64,000 nt of DNA from Thermoflexia bacterium (GTDB lineage: Bacteria; Chloroflexota; Anaerolineae; B4-G1; DUEL01). The position numbers and the translations under genes were made by a program. The notes beneath the pieces were generated by a model. That model worked only from the letters and a program-made list of their open reading frames with translations, was not told the origin of the DNA and searched no databases. Positions 1-10,101 of the stretch are shown piece after piece. The stretch spans positions 5,770 to 69,769 of the forward strand of contig DUEL01000055.1 of NCBI GenBank assembly GCA_011192125.1. Reading direction: 5' to 3'. Every line of letters begins with the position of its first letter. Within the stretch, counting starts at the first letter, position 1.

Positions 1-34
1 CAGCGGGATGCTGGCTAGATGGAGGGGTTAGGGA

Positions 35-1441
35 GTGGAGTCATCCTCGTTGTTATCTTTTGGGGCGGAGTTCATCCTCGCAGCAGCCCTGGTATCTTTC
101 TGGTGTATCCGGTTGACGCGCCAGCGAGGGATCTTTCTGATTGTGTTGATCATCGTTGCCTACAATCTGGCATGGGATGCGATAGGGTTAAGGTTTGGTA
201 TAGAGTTGGTTCATCAACGAGAACTCCGTGTTTTTGGGGTGTTGGTAGGTTTTGTAGTGGTGGTGGCGGCTGTTCTTTCTTTGCCGATTTTCTTCGCGCG
301 CCTGCAACGGGGGCGGCTATCTCTCACAAGGTATGATGTATGGAACATTATGCTCCCTGCAGTAGTTGGAGTCTTGGGTTTCGTTGTTGGTTGGGTTCGC
401 GGAAACGATCTGGGTTATTTGCTTTCAGATACTTATAAATTACTAGTCGTATCTGCTGCTTACTTTATTAGCTTGGTTAATGTGCGGGGGGAAGAAGAAG
501 CGAGGTTGGTTTTCGGTGTTCTTATTGCTTTGGTGGCTTTTCAGCAGCTCTTGGATGTAGTCTTATTTGGTCTGCGGTGGCGGCTTGCGGGTAAGATGGT
601 GCGAGTGGCCGATCAATTCTGGGTCAACAAGCTTTTGTTGCTCCCATTTCTTGGTGTGGCCCTGGGAGCGCGGCTGTCAAAATCGCAATTAATGCGATAC
701 GGTTCTGCGTTGGTCGTCACGATGCTCTCGGTATTTGTATCTATGTACAGGACGGCTCTAATCGTGGGAGGGGTTCTGTTGTTGCTGGCAGTACCGCTTC
801 GCAAATGTCCCCGATTGGTGAGAAATCTGGTAGCCATTGCGATACTAGTTCTCTTCATCTCGGCATTCCTTATTAGTCTGTTGCGGGCAGGGGGCCTGGG
901 AGGGCAAATGGTCTGGAAGCTAGGCAAGGTCTTTGATGCTTTTCGCACCAGGCTTGAGTCCATGGGGGTGACCGACACCTCTATGGAGGTGAAATTGGTG
1001 GAGATCCAAAGCGTTCTCAGAGAGTTTCGGACAAATGGTACATTGCTTGAGTGGCTTGGGGGGTTTGGGGCGGGTGCTCAATATGGTGCCAGTGAGGTGA
1101 GTCGAGTCTCAGCTGGTTTTCTCCGCTGGGAGCAGATGTTTGGCCCAAGTGGACAGGTACATCATATCCATAATTTCTTTTTCGCAGCCTTGTTCCGATA
1201 TGGTTTAACAGGTATACTTCTCTTGTTGGTTCTCTTCTTGCAGATCTCTATTGCATTGAGTATGTGGCAGAAAAGGGTTAGGGGGACGCCCTCCTGGTCC
1301 ATAATGCGGTCCATCCTCCTTTACTGGGTTGGCACGCTTCTGGTGCTTAATTTGTTCCCCTTTTTCTGGGGCGATGTAAACTGGGGGGTTCTTCTGGCCC
1401 TCGCTTCAGTTATAGGCAAGGATTATCGTCGGAGGAGATAG
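35..1441 (+). CDS. Polytopic membrane protein, O-antigen ligase/polymerase-like (Wzy/WaaL family); GTG start at 35, may begin upstream of window
   Basis: 468-aa ORF with more than 10 hydrophobic segments; sits at head of a polysaccharide cluster; GGAGG 9 nt upstream of GTG. Confidence 0.5.
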   Translation: MESSSLLSFGAEFILAAALVSFWCIRLTRQRGIFLIVLIIVAYNLAWDAIGLRFGIELVHQRELRVFGVLVGFVVVVAAVLSLPIFFARLQRGRLSLTRYDVWNIMLPAVVGVLGFVVGWVRGNDLGYLLSDTYKLLVVSAAYFISLVNVRGEEEARLVFGVLIALVAFQQLLDVVLFGLRWRLAGKMVRVADQFWVNKLLLLPFLGVALGARLSKSQLMRYGSALVVTMLSVFVSMYRTALIVGGVLLLLAVPLRKCPRLVRNLVAIAILVLFISAFLISLLRAGGLGGQMVWKLGKVFDAFRTRLESMGVTDTSMEVKLVEIQSVLREFRTNGTLLEWLGGFGAGAQYGASEVSRVSAGFLRWEQMFGPSGQVHHIHNFFFAALFRYGLTGILLLLVLFLQISIALSMWQKRVRGTPSWSIMRSILLYWVGTLLVLNLFPFFWGDVNWGVLLALASVIGKDYRRRR

Positions 1442-1522
1442 TGCAGTGAGATCTTTCAAACCGGGCATATTTAAGTCCGGATTGGCTGTTGAGCTTGGTG
1501 AAATTTGTAGGATAGAGAATCT

Positions 1523-2845
1523 ATGATGAACGTCATTCTAATAACGTTGGATTCCCTACGCGCAGACATAGCCTCTTCACAGGAGTTTCCCAATCTAAAT
1601 CTAGCATCAGAGCAGTTTCCTTGGTTAAGTTCTTCCGTCCAGTTTCAGGCAGCGTTCACACATTCCCCCTATACATGGGGATCGTTCGCAGCTATCCTTA
1701 CGTCTGGTTATCCGAGATGGATAACAACATCCCAGGGAGTTTTGTTCTCCGGTGTGCCGACGCTGGCGACGGTGCTTCGGCAGCACGGGTTCAAGACGGC
1801 TGCTTTTAACTCCAATCCTTTCCTCTCCGCCGGCTTCGGCTATGCTAGGGGGTTCGACGTGTTCGAAGACGGGTTGTTGTCCAAGCGCGCGTCGAGGTTA
1901 CCCCGAACAGCATATACTTACTTGGCCAAAGCGGTTCGGCTGGTCCGCAGAACGCCATATATGCCTGCCCCTAAACTGGTCCGTCTAGCGGTACGCTGGA
2001 TGCGAGAGGAGTGTTCAGAGTCTACACCGTTCTTCATCTGGGTGCATTTTATGGATACCCATGGGCCTTATCAACCCAAGCGGGGCATCGCTTATCTCAA
2101 TAAGGTTCGAGCGGAGCGCCTGTGGCGTAAGGCGGTGACGACTCCCCAAGCGATTACATCTGAGGAAAGGGATGCCTTGAAAGAGGCCTATCTGGAGGAA
2201 GTGGCTTTTGCGGAGCGGTATATAGGCGTTTTGCTCAAAGAGATAGAGAGCCTTGGCCGGACGGAAGATACGATCATCGTTCTGTGTTCTGACCATGGTG
2301 ACGGCTTCAACGAGCATGGCTTTTACTCCCATCCTCGGTATCTCTATGAGGAGCTGGTGCGTGTCCCGTTGCTTATCTACCACCCTTCCCTGGGTGAGCG
2401 GCGGATTGTTCAGACACCGGTGGGATTAGTGGACATCATGCCGACAGTGCTGGATATGCTAGGAATTCCTCCCGATGGGCTGGATCCCGTGGGGCAGAGC
2501 TTGTGGCCTGCTATTCTTCGTGGGGATACTTCTTCCCTGCGGGGATGGGTCGTTATGGACGCGACTCCCGACCGTCTCCAGTATATTGCTGCTATCCGTA
2601 CGAATCGTTGGAAGCTTATCGTGGATCGTGAGAAGGGGACCAGAGATCTGTATGACCTAGTCGCTGACCCCGGGGAGCAGAACAATGTAGCTCATCTTTA
2701 CCCGGATGTGGTTGAGAGTCTCGAGGCGCAGCTTCGGGACGAGCTGGAACAGAGAGAGCCTTTACGGACCTTCGCAGAATCGCCCGAACCCGAAGTGGAT
2801 GCAGAAGTACTGGGGCGGTTACGCGATCTTGGGTACATCGAATAG
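1523..2845 (+). CDS. Sulfatase-like hydrolase/transferase (alkaline phosphatase superfamily)
   Basis: N-terminal ITLDSLRAD metal-binding motif and CSDHGDGFNEHG motif typical of the sulfatase/phosphoglycerol-transferase fold; no canonical C/S-x-P-x-R. Confidence 0.6.
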   Translation: MMNVILITLDSLRADIASSQEFPNLNLASEQFPWLSSSVQFQAAFTHSPYTWGSFAAILTSGYPRWITTSQGVLFSGVPTLATVLRQHGFKTAAFNSNPFLSAGFGYARGFDVFEDGLLSKRASRLPRTAYTYLAKAVRLVRRTPYMPAPKLVRLAVRWMREECSESTPFFIWVHFMDTHGPYQPKRGIAYLNKVRAERLWRKAVTTPQAITSEERDALKEAYLEEVAFAERYIGVLLKEIESLGRTEDTIIVLCSDHGDGFNEHGFYSHPRYLYEELVRVPLLIYHPSLGERRIVQTPVGLVDIMPTVLDMLGIPPDGLDPVGQSLWPAILRGDTSSLRGWVVMDATPDRLQYIAAIRTNRWKLIVDREKGTRDLYDLVADPGEQNNVAHLYPDVVESLEAQLRDELEQREPLRTFAESPEPEVDAEVLGRLRDLGYIE

Positions 2846-2869
2846 GGTAAATCTGGGAAAGGATGGCTG

Positions 2870-5065
2870 ATGAAACGACTGGTTCAGGATTACCGGAGTG
2901 GGCGGCTGGAGTTGTTGGAAGTTCCTCTACCCCGCAGTCAGCCTGGACGGATAATAGTGCGTACGGTCCGCTCCCTAGTCAGTGTGGGCACTGAGCGGGC
3001 GATGATGGAGGTGGCTCGGAAAAGCTTGCTGGGCAAAGCGCTGGCTCGTCCAGACTGGGTACGACAAGTTGTAAACAAAGTGAGAACCGAGGGGCTGCTG
3101 GAGGCTTACCGCCAGTCGATGGCCCGGCTGGAAGCTCCGGTGCCCTTAGGCTATAGTTCAGCGGGGGTGGTCGTTGAAGTCGGAAAAGGGGTCACAGAGT
3201 TCGCTGCGGGCGACCGCGTGGCCTGCGCCGGATCCGGCTATGCCAGCCATGCCGAGGTGGTGAGCGTGCCGCGCAATCTCTGCGTTGCTATTCCCAAAGA
3301 GGTTTCCTTCGAGCAAGCCTCCTTCGTTGCCCTGGGGGGTATCGCTTTAGAAGCCGTGCGAATGGCTCGCCCGGAGATTGGCCACTGCGTAGTCGTGATC
3401 GGTTTAGGATTGTTGGGGCAATTGACCGTTCAGATCCTCAAGGCCGGTGGGTGCCAGGTGTTGGGTGTGGACATCATTCCGGACAGAATTGCTCTGGCGC
3501 GGGATTTAGGGGCCGATGTGGTCGTCAACGGGGTGACGGATGACCTCAGGGCTGCTGTGCGGGAATTCAGCGCCGGGCACGGTGCCGACAGTGTCATCAT
3601 TATGGCCAGCACCGAGAGCAATCGACCCATTGAGCAGGCGGCGGAGGTGTGTCGAGAACGAGGACGGGTGGTGGCAACTGGCCTGGTGGGACTGAAGATA
3701 CCCCGTAAACTGTTCTATGAGAAGGAGATAGAGTTCGTCGTTTCTCGGGCCTGGGGGCCGGGAATGTATGATGTGGATTACGAACAAAGGGATGTTAAGT
3801 ATCCCCTCCCCTACGTCCGCTGGACGGCCCGGCGCAATATGGCTACCTTCCTCAGTCTCGTTGCCGAAGGGCGGGTTCGACTGGAGCCTTTGATTACCCA
3901 CCGTTTTCCCTTTGAACAGGCGCTCGATGCCTACGAGATGATCCTTTCGGGTAATGAGCCTTACATTGGCGTGGTGCTAGAATATGGAGAGATCGAGCCG
4001 GAGCCGGTGCGCCGGATTGTGCTGCGATCTGTAGGACGGTCTGCCGTGGCTGCAGGGGAAGAGATCGGGATCGGGCTCATCGGCGCAGGGCTCTATGCGC
4101 GCGGCACGTTGCTACCGGCTCTACGAAAAGTGGAGGGAGTTCGCCTCGTTGCGGTGGCAACTGCTTCTGGGATAAGCAGTCGGCACGTGGGCGAGAAGTT
4201 CGGGTTTGAGTACTGCACTGCCGATTATCGGGAGATACTTGAGGATGAGGATATTCAGGCTGTCTTCATCCTCACCCGCCATGGGTCTCACGCTCGCTTC
4301 GCCGTCGAAGCGCTGCGGGCAGGGAAAGCCGTGTTTGTGGAAAAACCCCTTGCCCTGAACGAGAGGGAGCTGGAGGAGGTGGTGAAGGCTTGGCAAGAGG
4401 GTTCTGGTTTCTTAATGGTCGGTTTCAACCGCCGCTTCGCGCCGACCACTCTCTACATTCAAGAGCGGCTGGGCGGTGGTACGGGGCCGCTGGTCGTCTA
4501 CTGCCGTTGCAACGCTGGCTATATTCCTCCCGATAGCTGGGTCCACCATCCTCAAGAGGGAGGCGGCCGTATCATTGGCGAGGTTTGTCACTTTGTGGAC
4601 CTTATTCAGACGCTCACTGGTGAGTTGCCTGTGGAAGTGTATGTTGCAGCTACAAGCGGTGCCGACGCCGGATTGCGTGACAGTCTATCAGTTAGCTTAA
4701 AATTGGATGGCGGATCAGTTGGCTCCATTGTCTATGTATCGCGCGGGGATAAGTCTTTCCCCCGGGAATATGTAGAGGTCTTTGGTAGAGGAGCGGTAGC
4801 GACGATTCAGAACTTCAAGGCGGCCAGCTTTGTTCGAGCGGGCAGGAGGGCCCGAAAGCAGGGATGGGGTGTTGATCGAGGCCATATGGGAGAGCTTGCG
4901 ACATTTTTCCGTCACCTCCGCGAGGGGAAGGCTCAGCCTGTCCCAATCCGGGAATACGTGGCGACGACGTTAGCTACTTTTGCTATGGAGACCTCCATTG
5001 TGACGAACGAGGCGGTCCGTATAGATGCGGACGGCTTCCTGCGGGAATGTTTGGAGGGTAAGTGA
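2870..5065 (+). CDS. Bi-domain oxidoreductase: N-terminal Zn-dependent MDR alcohol dehydrogenase-like domain fused to C-terminal Gfo/Idh/MocA NAD(P)-dependent oxidoreductase
   Basis: GLGLLGQLTVQIL Rossmann segment in N-terminal half; IGIGLIGAGLYARGTLLPAL plus MocA-like pattern in C-terminal half; RBS GGAAAGG upstream. Confidence 0.75.
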   Translation: MKRLVQDYRSGRLELLEVPLPRSQPGRIIVRTVRSLVSVGTERAMMEVARKSLLGKALARPDWVRQVVNKVRTEGLLEAYRQSMARLEAPVPLGYSSAGVVVEVGKGVTEFAAGDRVACAGSGYASHAEVVSVPRNLCVAIPKEVSFEQASFVALGGIALEAVRMARPEIGHCVVVIGLGLLGQLTVQILKAGGCQVLGVDIIPDRIALARDLGADVVVNGVTDDLRAAVREFSAGHGADSVIIMASTESNRPIEQAAEVCRERGRVVATGLVGLKIPRKLFYEKEIEFVVSRAWGPGMYDVDYEQRDVKYPLPYVRWTARRNMATFLSLVAEGRVRLEPLITHRFPFEQALDAYEMILSGNEPYIGVVLEYGEIEPEPVRRIVLRSVGRSAVAAGEEIGIGLIGAGLYARGTLLPALRKVEGVRLVAVATASGISSRHVGEKFGFEYCTADYREILEDEDIQAVFILTRHGSHARFAVEALRAGKAVFVEKPLALNERELEEVVKAWQEGSGFLMVGFNRRFAPTTLYIQERLGGGTGPLVVYCRCNAGYIPPDSWVHHPQEGGGRIIGEVCHFVDLIQTLTGELPVEVYVAATSGADAGLRDSLSVSLKLDGGSVGSIVYVSRGDKSFPREYVEVFGRGAVATIQNFKAASFVRAGRRARKQGWGVDRGHMGELATFFRHLREGKAQPVPIREYVATTLATFAMETSIVTNEAVRIDADGFLRECLEGK

Positions 5066-6297
5066 TGCGTGTGCTGCTCATAACGGCGTATTTCCCTCCG
5101 GATACGGGATCAGCGGCCCATTTGTTCTACGAACTTGGCAAGGCGTTGGTGGCGTGTGGTCTTGAGGTTTTGGTGATCACTGCACTTCCGGGATATCATG
5201 CCCAGGGTGACCTTTCACGCTACCGGGGACGCTTCTGGTTGGAGGAGACGCTTGACGGGGTGCGGGTGGCTCGCACAGATGTTTGGCGATTCTTCCGCAA
5301 TGCACCGATTGGCCGAGGTTTGTGGCAGTTCTCTTGTGCTCTGAACTTCGCAGTGCGCGGATTAGTGCTCCCTACTCCGGATGTGGCACTTGTCTACTCG
5401 CCGCCCTTGCCTTTGGGATTGACGGCCTGGATGTTTCAACGTCTTCGTAGAGTCCCTTTTATCTTGAATGTTCAAGATTTGTTCCCACAAAGCGCTATAG
5501 ATCTGGGAGTACTAAAGAATGCCTTGCTGATCCGGCTTTTCAGGTCACTGGAACGGTTTGTGTACCACCGCGCAGATCTTATCACTGTCCATTCGCCTGG
5601 TAATCAGGAATACATTGTCGGTTGTGGGATTGATAAAGCAAAGATCACAGTGGTTCACAACTGGATAGATACTGAGTTTATCCGGCCGGGGGAGCGGAGG
5701 AACGCCTTCTCGCGTCAGTACGGGTTGGATGGGAAATTTGTTGTCTCCTTCGCGGGGGTCATTGGCTATTCCCAGGATATCGATGTAGTGTTGGAGGCGG
5801 CTGATCTCTTGCGGGGGTGGCCGGAGATCCACTTCCTCATCGTCGGGGACGGGGTGGAGAAGGTCAGGCTGGAACAGAAGGCTAGAGAAATGGGATTGCC
5901 TAATGTCCAATTTCTACCTATGCAACCTCGCCATCGATACCCGGCAGTGCTACAGGCCTCTGATGTCTCTCTTGCGACTCTCCATGCCGAGGTCGCAACG
6001 CCGGTGGTCCCGTCAAAGATTCTCAGTATAATGGCTGCGGGGCGGCCGGTCATCGCTTGTATGAACTTGGATGGAGATGCGCCACGTCTCATAGAAGAGG
6101 CTCAGTGTGGCTATGCTTTGCCGCCGGAAGATCCTCAAGCCTTGGCGGAAGCCGTATTGACCCTGTATCGCGACGCGGCTTTGCGAGAGCAATTTGGTCT
6201 GAACGGGCGCCGCTATGCGGAGAAGTACCTTTCTGTGCAAGCCGGTGCTGATCGCTACATACGTCTTTTCGAGCGGCTCTTAGCGAAGCGTACATAA
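5062..6297 (+). CDS. Glycosyltransferase family 4 (WcaI-like)
   Basis: MRVLLITAYFPPDTGSAA N-terminus and GT4 C-terminal core; ATGA overlap with upstream gene. Confidence 0.8.
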   Translation: MMRVLLITAYFPPDTGSAAHLFYELGKALVACGLEVLVITALPGYHAQGDLSRYRGRFWLEETLDGVRVARTDVWRFFRNAPIGRGLWQFSCALNFAVRGLVLPTPDVALVYSPPLPLGLTAWMFQRLRRVPFILNVQDLFPQSAIDLGVLKNALLIRLFRSLERFVYHRADLITVHSPGNQEYIVGCGIDKAKITVVHNWIDTEFIRPGERRNAFSRQYGLDGKFVVSFAGVIGYSQDIDVVLEAADLLRGWPEIHFLIVGDGVEKVRLEQKAREMGLPNVQFLPMQPRHRYPAVLQASDVSLATLHAEVATPVVPSKILSIMAAGRPVIACMNLDGDAPRLIEEAQCGYALPPEDPQALAEAVLTLYRDAALREQFGLNGRRYAEKYLSVQAGADRYIRLFERLLAKRT

Positions 6298-6332
6298 CGC
6301 CGACATTGATATTGGTACAAGGAGGGGGAGAT

Positions 6333-7376
6333 ATGGAAGAATATCTAAGTTTCTATCAGGGCAAGAAAGTGCTGGTTACCGGAGGGGCGGGAGCCATCGG
6401 CTCCAATTTGAGCCGCGCTTTGGCAGAGCTGGGAGCGCAGGTTATCATTCTGGATGACCTCTCTTCTGGGGTGCGTTGGAATGTCCCTTCGCTACCCGGC
6501 GTATTGTTTGTCGAAGGGGATATTTTGGACGAGGTTAAGCTCAAGCGGGTTTTCTTCGAGCGGCCTCGGGTGGTGTTCCATCTGGCAGCCTTCTTTGCCA
6601 ATCAGAACTCGGTAGATCATCCGGAACGGGACCTGATGGTCAACGGCTTGGGGACACTCCGGTTGCTAGAGTATTCGGTGTTTACGGGAGTGGAGCGTTT
6701 TGTTTACGCTTCTTCGGGGTGCTCTATTTACGGTAGCGAATCTCCCCTGCCTCTAAGGGAGGAGTTTATGTCTATGCATCTCAGCACGCCCTATCAGATT
6801 ACCAAAATGCTGGGGGAGCTCTACTGTAATTTCTTTTACAACCATTACGGTCTTGCGGTCGTCAAACCACGGTTCTTTAACTCGTATGGCCCTGGGGAAG
6901 TGCCGGGGCAGTATCGGAATGTGATTCCTAACTTCATCTATTGGGCGATGAAAGGCTTGCCTCTTCCCATTACCGGAACCGGCGAGGAAACCCGCGATTT
7001 CACCTTCGTGGGGGATATCGTGGATGGACTGCTCCGTGCTGGCGTGATGGAGAGCGCTGTGGGCCAAGAGTTCAACCTGGCCTCCGGTCGGGAGACCCGC
7101 ATCATTGACCTTGCCCATATGATCAACGAGGCCACGGGCAATAAGGCCGGCATCCGCTTTGCAGCGCGTCGTAAGTGGGATACCAAGAGCCGCCTGCTGG
7201 CTTCCATTGACCGTGCCCGGCGGTTGATCGGGTATGAACCGAAGACCTCCTTTGAAAAAGGGCTCCGGAGGACGGTCCAATGGTTCCGAGATAACTGGGA
7301 TAAAATAGAGGCGTCAGCCCACTTTGGCCCTGGAGTCTCTTCGGCTGTGCGTGAGATGACAGTGCCAAGGGAGTAA
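6333..7376 (+). CDS. NAD-dependent sugar epimerase/dehydratase (SDR family)
   Basis: VLVTGGAGAIGSNL glycine-rich NAD motif and YxxxK region; start chosen at ATG 6333, 3-4 nt downstream of a GGAGGGGGAG RBS (ORF opens at 6306). Confidence 0.8.
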   Translation: MEEYLSFYQGKKVLVTGGAGAIGSNLSRALAELGAQVIILDDLSSGVRWNVPSLPGVLFVEGDILDEVKLKRVFFERPRVVFHLAAFFANQNSVDHPERDLMVNGLGTLRLLEYSVFTGVERFVYASSGCSIYGSESPLPLREEFMSMHLSTPYQITKMLGELYCNFFYNHYGLAVVKPRFFNSYGPGEVPGQYRNVIPNFIYWAMKGLPLPITGTGEETRDFTFVGDIVDGLLRAGVMESAVGQEFNLASGRETRIIDLAHMINEATGNKAGIRFAARRKWDTKSRLLASIDRARRLIGYEPKTSFEKGLRRTVQWFRDNWDKIEASAHFGPGVSSAVREMTVPRE

Positions 7377-7378
7377 GT

Positions 7379-8494
7379 ATGGGAATACGAATCCTATCGG
7401 TCTTTGGCACCCGTCCTGAGGCCATCAAGATGGCCCCGGTGATATGGGAATTGCAGAAATATCCCGACCGTATCGAGTCGCGGGTCTGTGTCACTGCACA
7501 GCATCGAGAGATGTTGGATCAGGTGTTGGGGGTATTTCGGATCACACCCGATATAGATTTGAATTTGATGCAGCCGGCACAGACGCTCCCGGAGCTAACA
7601 ACCCGAGTAGTCGCCGGGATAACGGAGGTCTTGGAGCGAGAAAGGCCAGACTGCGTACTTGTTCAGGGGGATACGACGACGGTTATGGCCACTGCTTTAG
7701 CAGCTTTTTATAGAAAGGTACCAGTTGGGCACATTGAGGCTGGCTTGCGCACATATGATCGTTATAGCCCTTTCCCTGAGGAAATTAATCGGCGCATCAC
7801 CGATGTGCTTGCTACCTTTTGCTTTGCACCGACTCGTGCGGCTGCCGAAGCCCTACGCCGGGAGGGCATATCGGATAGAGACATCTATGTGACTGGCAAC
7901 ACGGTTATCGACGCGCTCCTGTGGGCTGTACGCCAACCCGAGCCCCCCGATGTTGCCAAACTGGCAAGTAGACTTGATGGACAGAAGTTGGTTTTGGTGA
8001 CTGCCCACCGCCGAGAGAATTTCGGAGCGCCTCTGGAGGAGATATGCCTAGGGCTGCGTGAACTGGCCCGCCGCAATCCGCAAATCGCTATCGTCTATCC
8101 TGTTCACCTGAATCCCAATGTACAGGAACCTGTTCATCGGATTCTGCAGGGCGAGGAGCGCATTTATTTGATTTCCCCCTTGTCATATCTCTCCTTTGCT
8201 CACTTGATGAATCGGGCCGATGTGATTCTGACCGATTCTGGGGGGATTCAGGAAGAGGCACCTGCTCTTGGCAAGCCGGTCTTGGTAGTGCGCGAGGAGA
8301 CCGAGCGACCAGAGGCAATAGAGGCCGGGGTTGCCAAGCTGGTCGAGATCGATGCACATGTGATCGTTCAGGAAGTGGAACGTCTGCTCTACGATGAGCA
8401 AGCCTATCGGCAGATGGCCAATGCTGTGAGCCCGTTTGGAGACGGCCATGCCGCCGAGCGGATCGTGCGAATCCTCTTGGAACGCTTGAAATGA
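7379..8494 (+). CDS. wecB: UDP-N-acetylglucosamine 2-epimerase (non-hydrolysing)
   Basis: MGIRILSVFGTRPEAIKMAPV N-terminus and overall WecB/MnaA pattern (HRREN, DSGGIQEEA). Confidence 0.85.
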   Translation: MGIRILSVFGTRPEAIKMAPVIWELQKYPDRIESRVCVTAQHREMLDQVLGVFRITPDIDLNLMQPAQTLPELTTRVVAGITEVLERERPDCVLVQGDTTTVMATALAAFYRKVPVGHIEAGLRTYDRYSPFPEEINRRITDVLATFCFAPTRAAAEALRREGISDRDIYVTGNTVIDALLWAVRQPEPPDVAKLASRLDGQKLVLVTAHRRENFGAPLEEICLGLRELARRNPQIAIVYPVHLNPNVQEPVHRILQGEERIYLISPLSYLSFAHLMNRADVILTDSGGIQEEAPALGKPVLVVREETERPEAIEAGVAKLVEIDAHVIVQEVERLLYDEQAYRQMANAVSPFGDGHAAERIVRILLERLK

Positions 8495-8549
8495 GGTCTT
8501 TAGCTCTGTTGGAAATGTATGCGATTACCGGCTATTAAGGGGAGAGGTT

Positions 8550-10019
8550 ATGGAACTCAAGGTTCGGACCTTAGAGGCTGGTCGGGCTGTACGGGGTAGA
8601 ATACGACAAATTACCTCTGTCCTTCATTGGCCCCTTCCTCTCTCTGAGCGCCGGCTCCTTCTCCTCTTTGGTGATGTAGTGGCGGTCTGCGGCGCGGTGT
8701 TAATTGCACTTCGGCTGTGGGCCTGGGCCGGTGGCCATCCGTTTGGAGTTGCCTTTATCCGCCCTCGCTGGTTCTGGTTTCCCTCCCTCTTGGGAGCGTG
8801 GGGACTTCTTGCTTGGCTCACTGACCTATACGACGTGCCTACCGCCAACCGACGTTCTGAGGTGCCCCAGCGAGTGGCCCTGGCTCTCTTAGAGCTGACG
8901 GCAGGCTATCTGGCATTATATTTCTTCCTCCCACGCAATGCGCTACCGCGCCTTTTTTATCTCTTCTTTGCCGTGGTTGCTATGATCAGCGTTACGATGT
9001 GGCGATGGGCTTATGCCACCCTTTTTACTCTTCCTCCGTTGCGACGTCGGATCCTTATCGTGGGCGCAGGTTGGGCCGGGCGTGTTCTTGCCCAAGCCCT
9101 CGTCAACCAGGAACAGGCAGACTACCACGTGGTCGGCTTCGTGGATGATGACCCGGCCAAGCAAGGGACAAAGGTCGCGGGACTGCCTGTCCTGGGGGGA
9201 AGCGCGGAGATGCTGAGGCTGGTACGCCGGTATCGGGTAGACGATGTTGTACTTGCCATCACCCATGAGCTGCGCGGGGAGCTCTTTCAGGCGTTGTTGG
9301 ATTGTCAAGCGGTAGGAGTTCATATGATTCACATGCCGGATCTGTATGAGCAGCTCACCCGCCAGGTACCCGTGGAACACGTGGACGAGGGCTGGGTCCT
9401 TGGAGCATTGAATGGTTTTCCCTCCCCTGGTCACTTGGAACGGGCGGCACGGCGTCTGCTGGATTTGTTTTGTGGATCGCTCGGGCTAATTGGCCTGGGT
9501 TGTCTGCTCCCTTTTATCTGCCTGGCTATCTACCTAGACGATGGCGGCCCAGTCTTCTACACACAAGTACGCGCAGGGCTGGGAGGGCGGCCGTTCCGTG
9601 TGATCAAGTTTCGCACGATGCGGACCGATGCGGAGCCGGATGGTCGCCCCCGATGGGCGCGGGAGGGTGATGACCGGGCCACCCGAGTGGGTCGCATTCT
9701 GCGCAAAACCCGCCTGGATGAGCTCCCCCAGGTGATCAACATCTTGCGGGGAGAGATGAGCGTCGTCGGCCCCCGGCCGGAGCGGCCTGAATTCATCGCT
9801 GAACTGGAGAAACAGATACCTTTCTATCGAGCCCGCCTGGTGGTCAAGCCTGGGCTCACCGGGTGGGCGCAGATCCATTATGGCTATGGTAACAGTGTGA
9901 AGGATGCTCTGATCAAGTTGCAATACGACCTGTATTACATCCGCCATCGGTCCCTCTGGCTTGATCTATATGTGATCTTCAAGACCGTCGGGGTGGTATT
10001 ACGGGGAAGTGGCATCTGA
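8550..10019 (+). CDS. Polyprenyl-phosphate glycosyl-1-phosphate transferase (WbaP/PssY-like initiating sugar transferase with CoA-binding domain)
   Basis: N-terminal TM segments, central Rossmann (ILIVGAGWAGR), C-terminal bacterial sugar transferase motifs (KFRTM, DELPQ, MSVVGPRPE). Confidence 0.8.
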   Translation: MELKVRTLEAGRAVRGRIRQITSVLHWPLPLSERRLLLLFGDVVAVCGAVLIALRLWAWAGGHPFGVAFIRPRWFWFPSLLGAWGLLAWLTDLYDVPTANRRSEVPQRVALALLELTAGYLALYFFLPRNALPRLFYLFFAVVAMISVTMWRWAYATLFTLPPLRRRILIVGAGWAGRVLAQALVNQEQADYHVVGFVDDDPAKQGTKVAGLPVLGGSAEMLRLVRRYRVDDVVLAITHELRGELFQALLDCQAVGVHMIHMPDLYEQLTRQVPVEHVDEGWVLGALNGFPSPGHLERAARRLLDLFCGSLGLIGLGCLLPFICLAIYLDDGGPVFYTQVRAGLGGRPFRVIKFRTMRTDAEPDGRPRWAREGDDRATRVGRILRKTRLDELPQVINILRGEMSVVGPRPERPEFIAELEKQIPFYRARLVVKPGLTGWAQIHYGYGNSVKDALIKLQYDLYYIRHRSLWLDLYVIFKTVGVVLRGSGI

Positions 10020-10101
10020 TTTGGGCTATCCCTTCACTGGGATGATTAGACTAGGGAAGAGGCGAGAAGGTGAAAGGGAAAGAAGAGGTGTGAAAGAGCG
10101 C

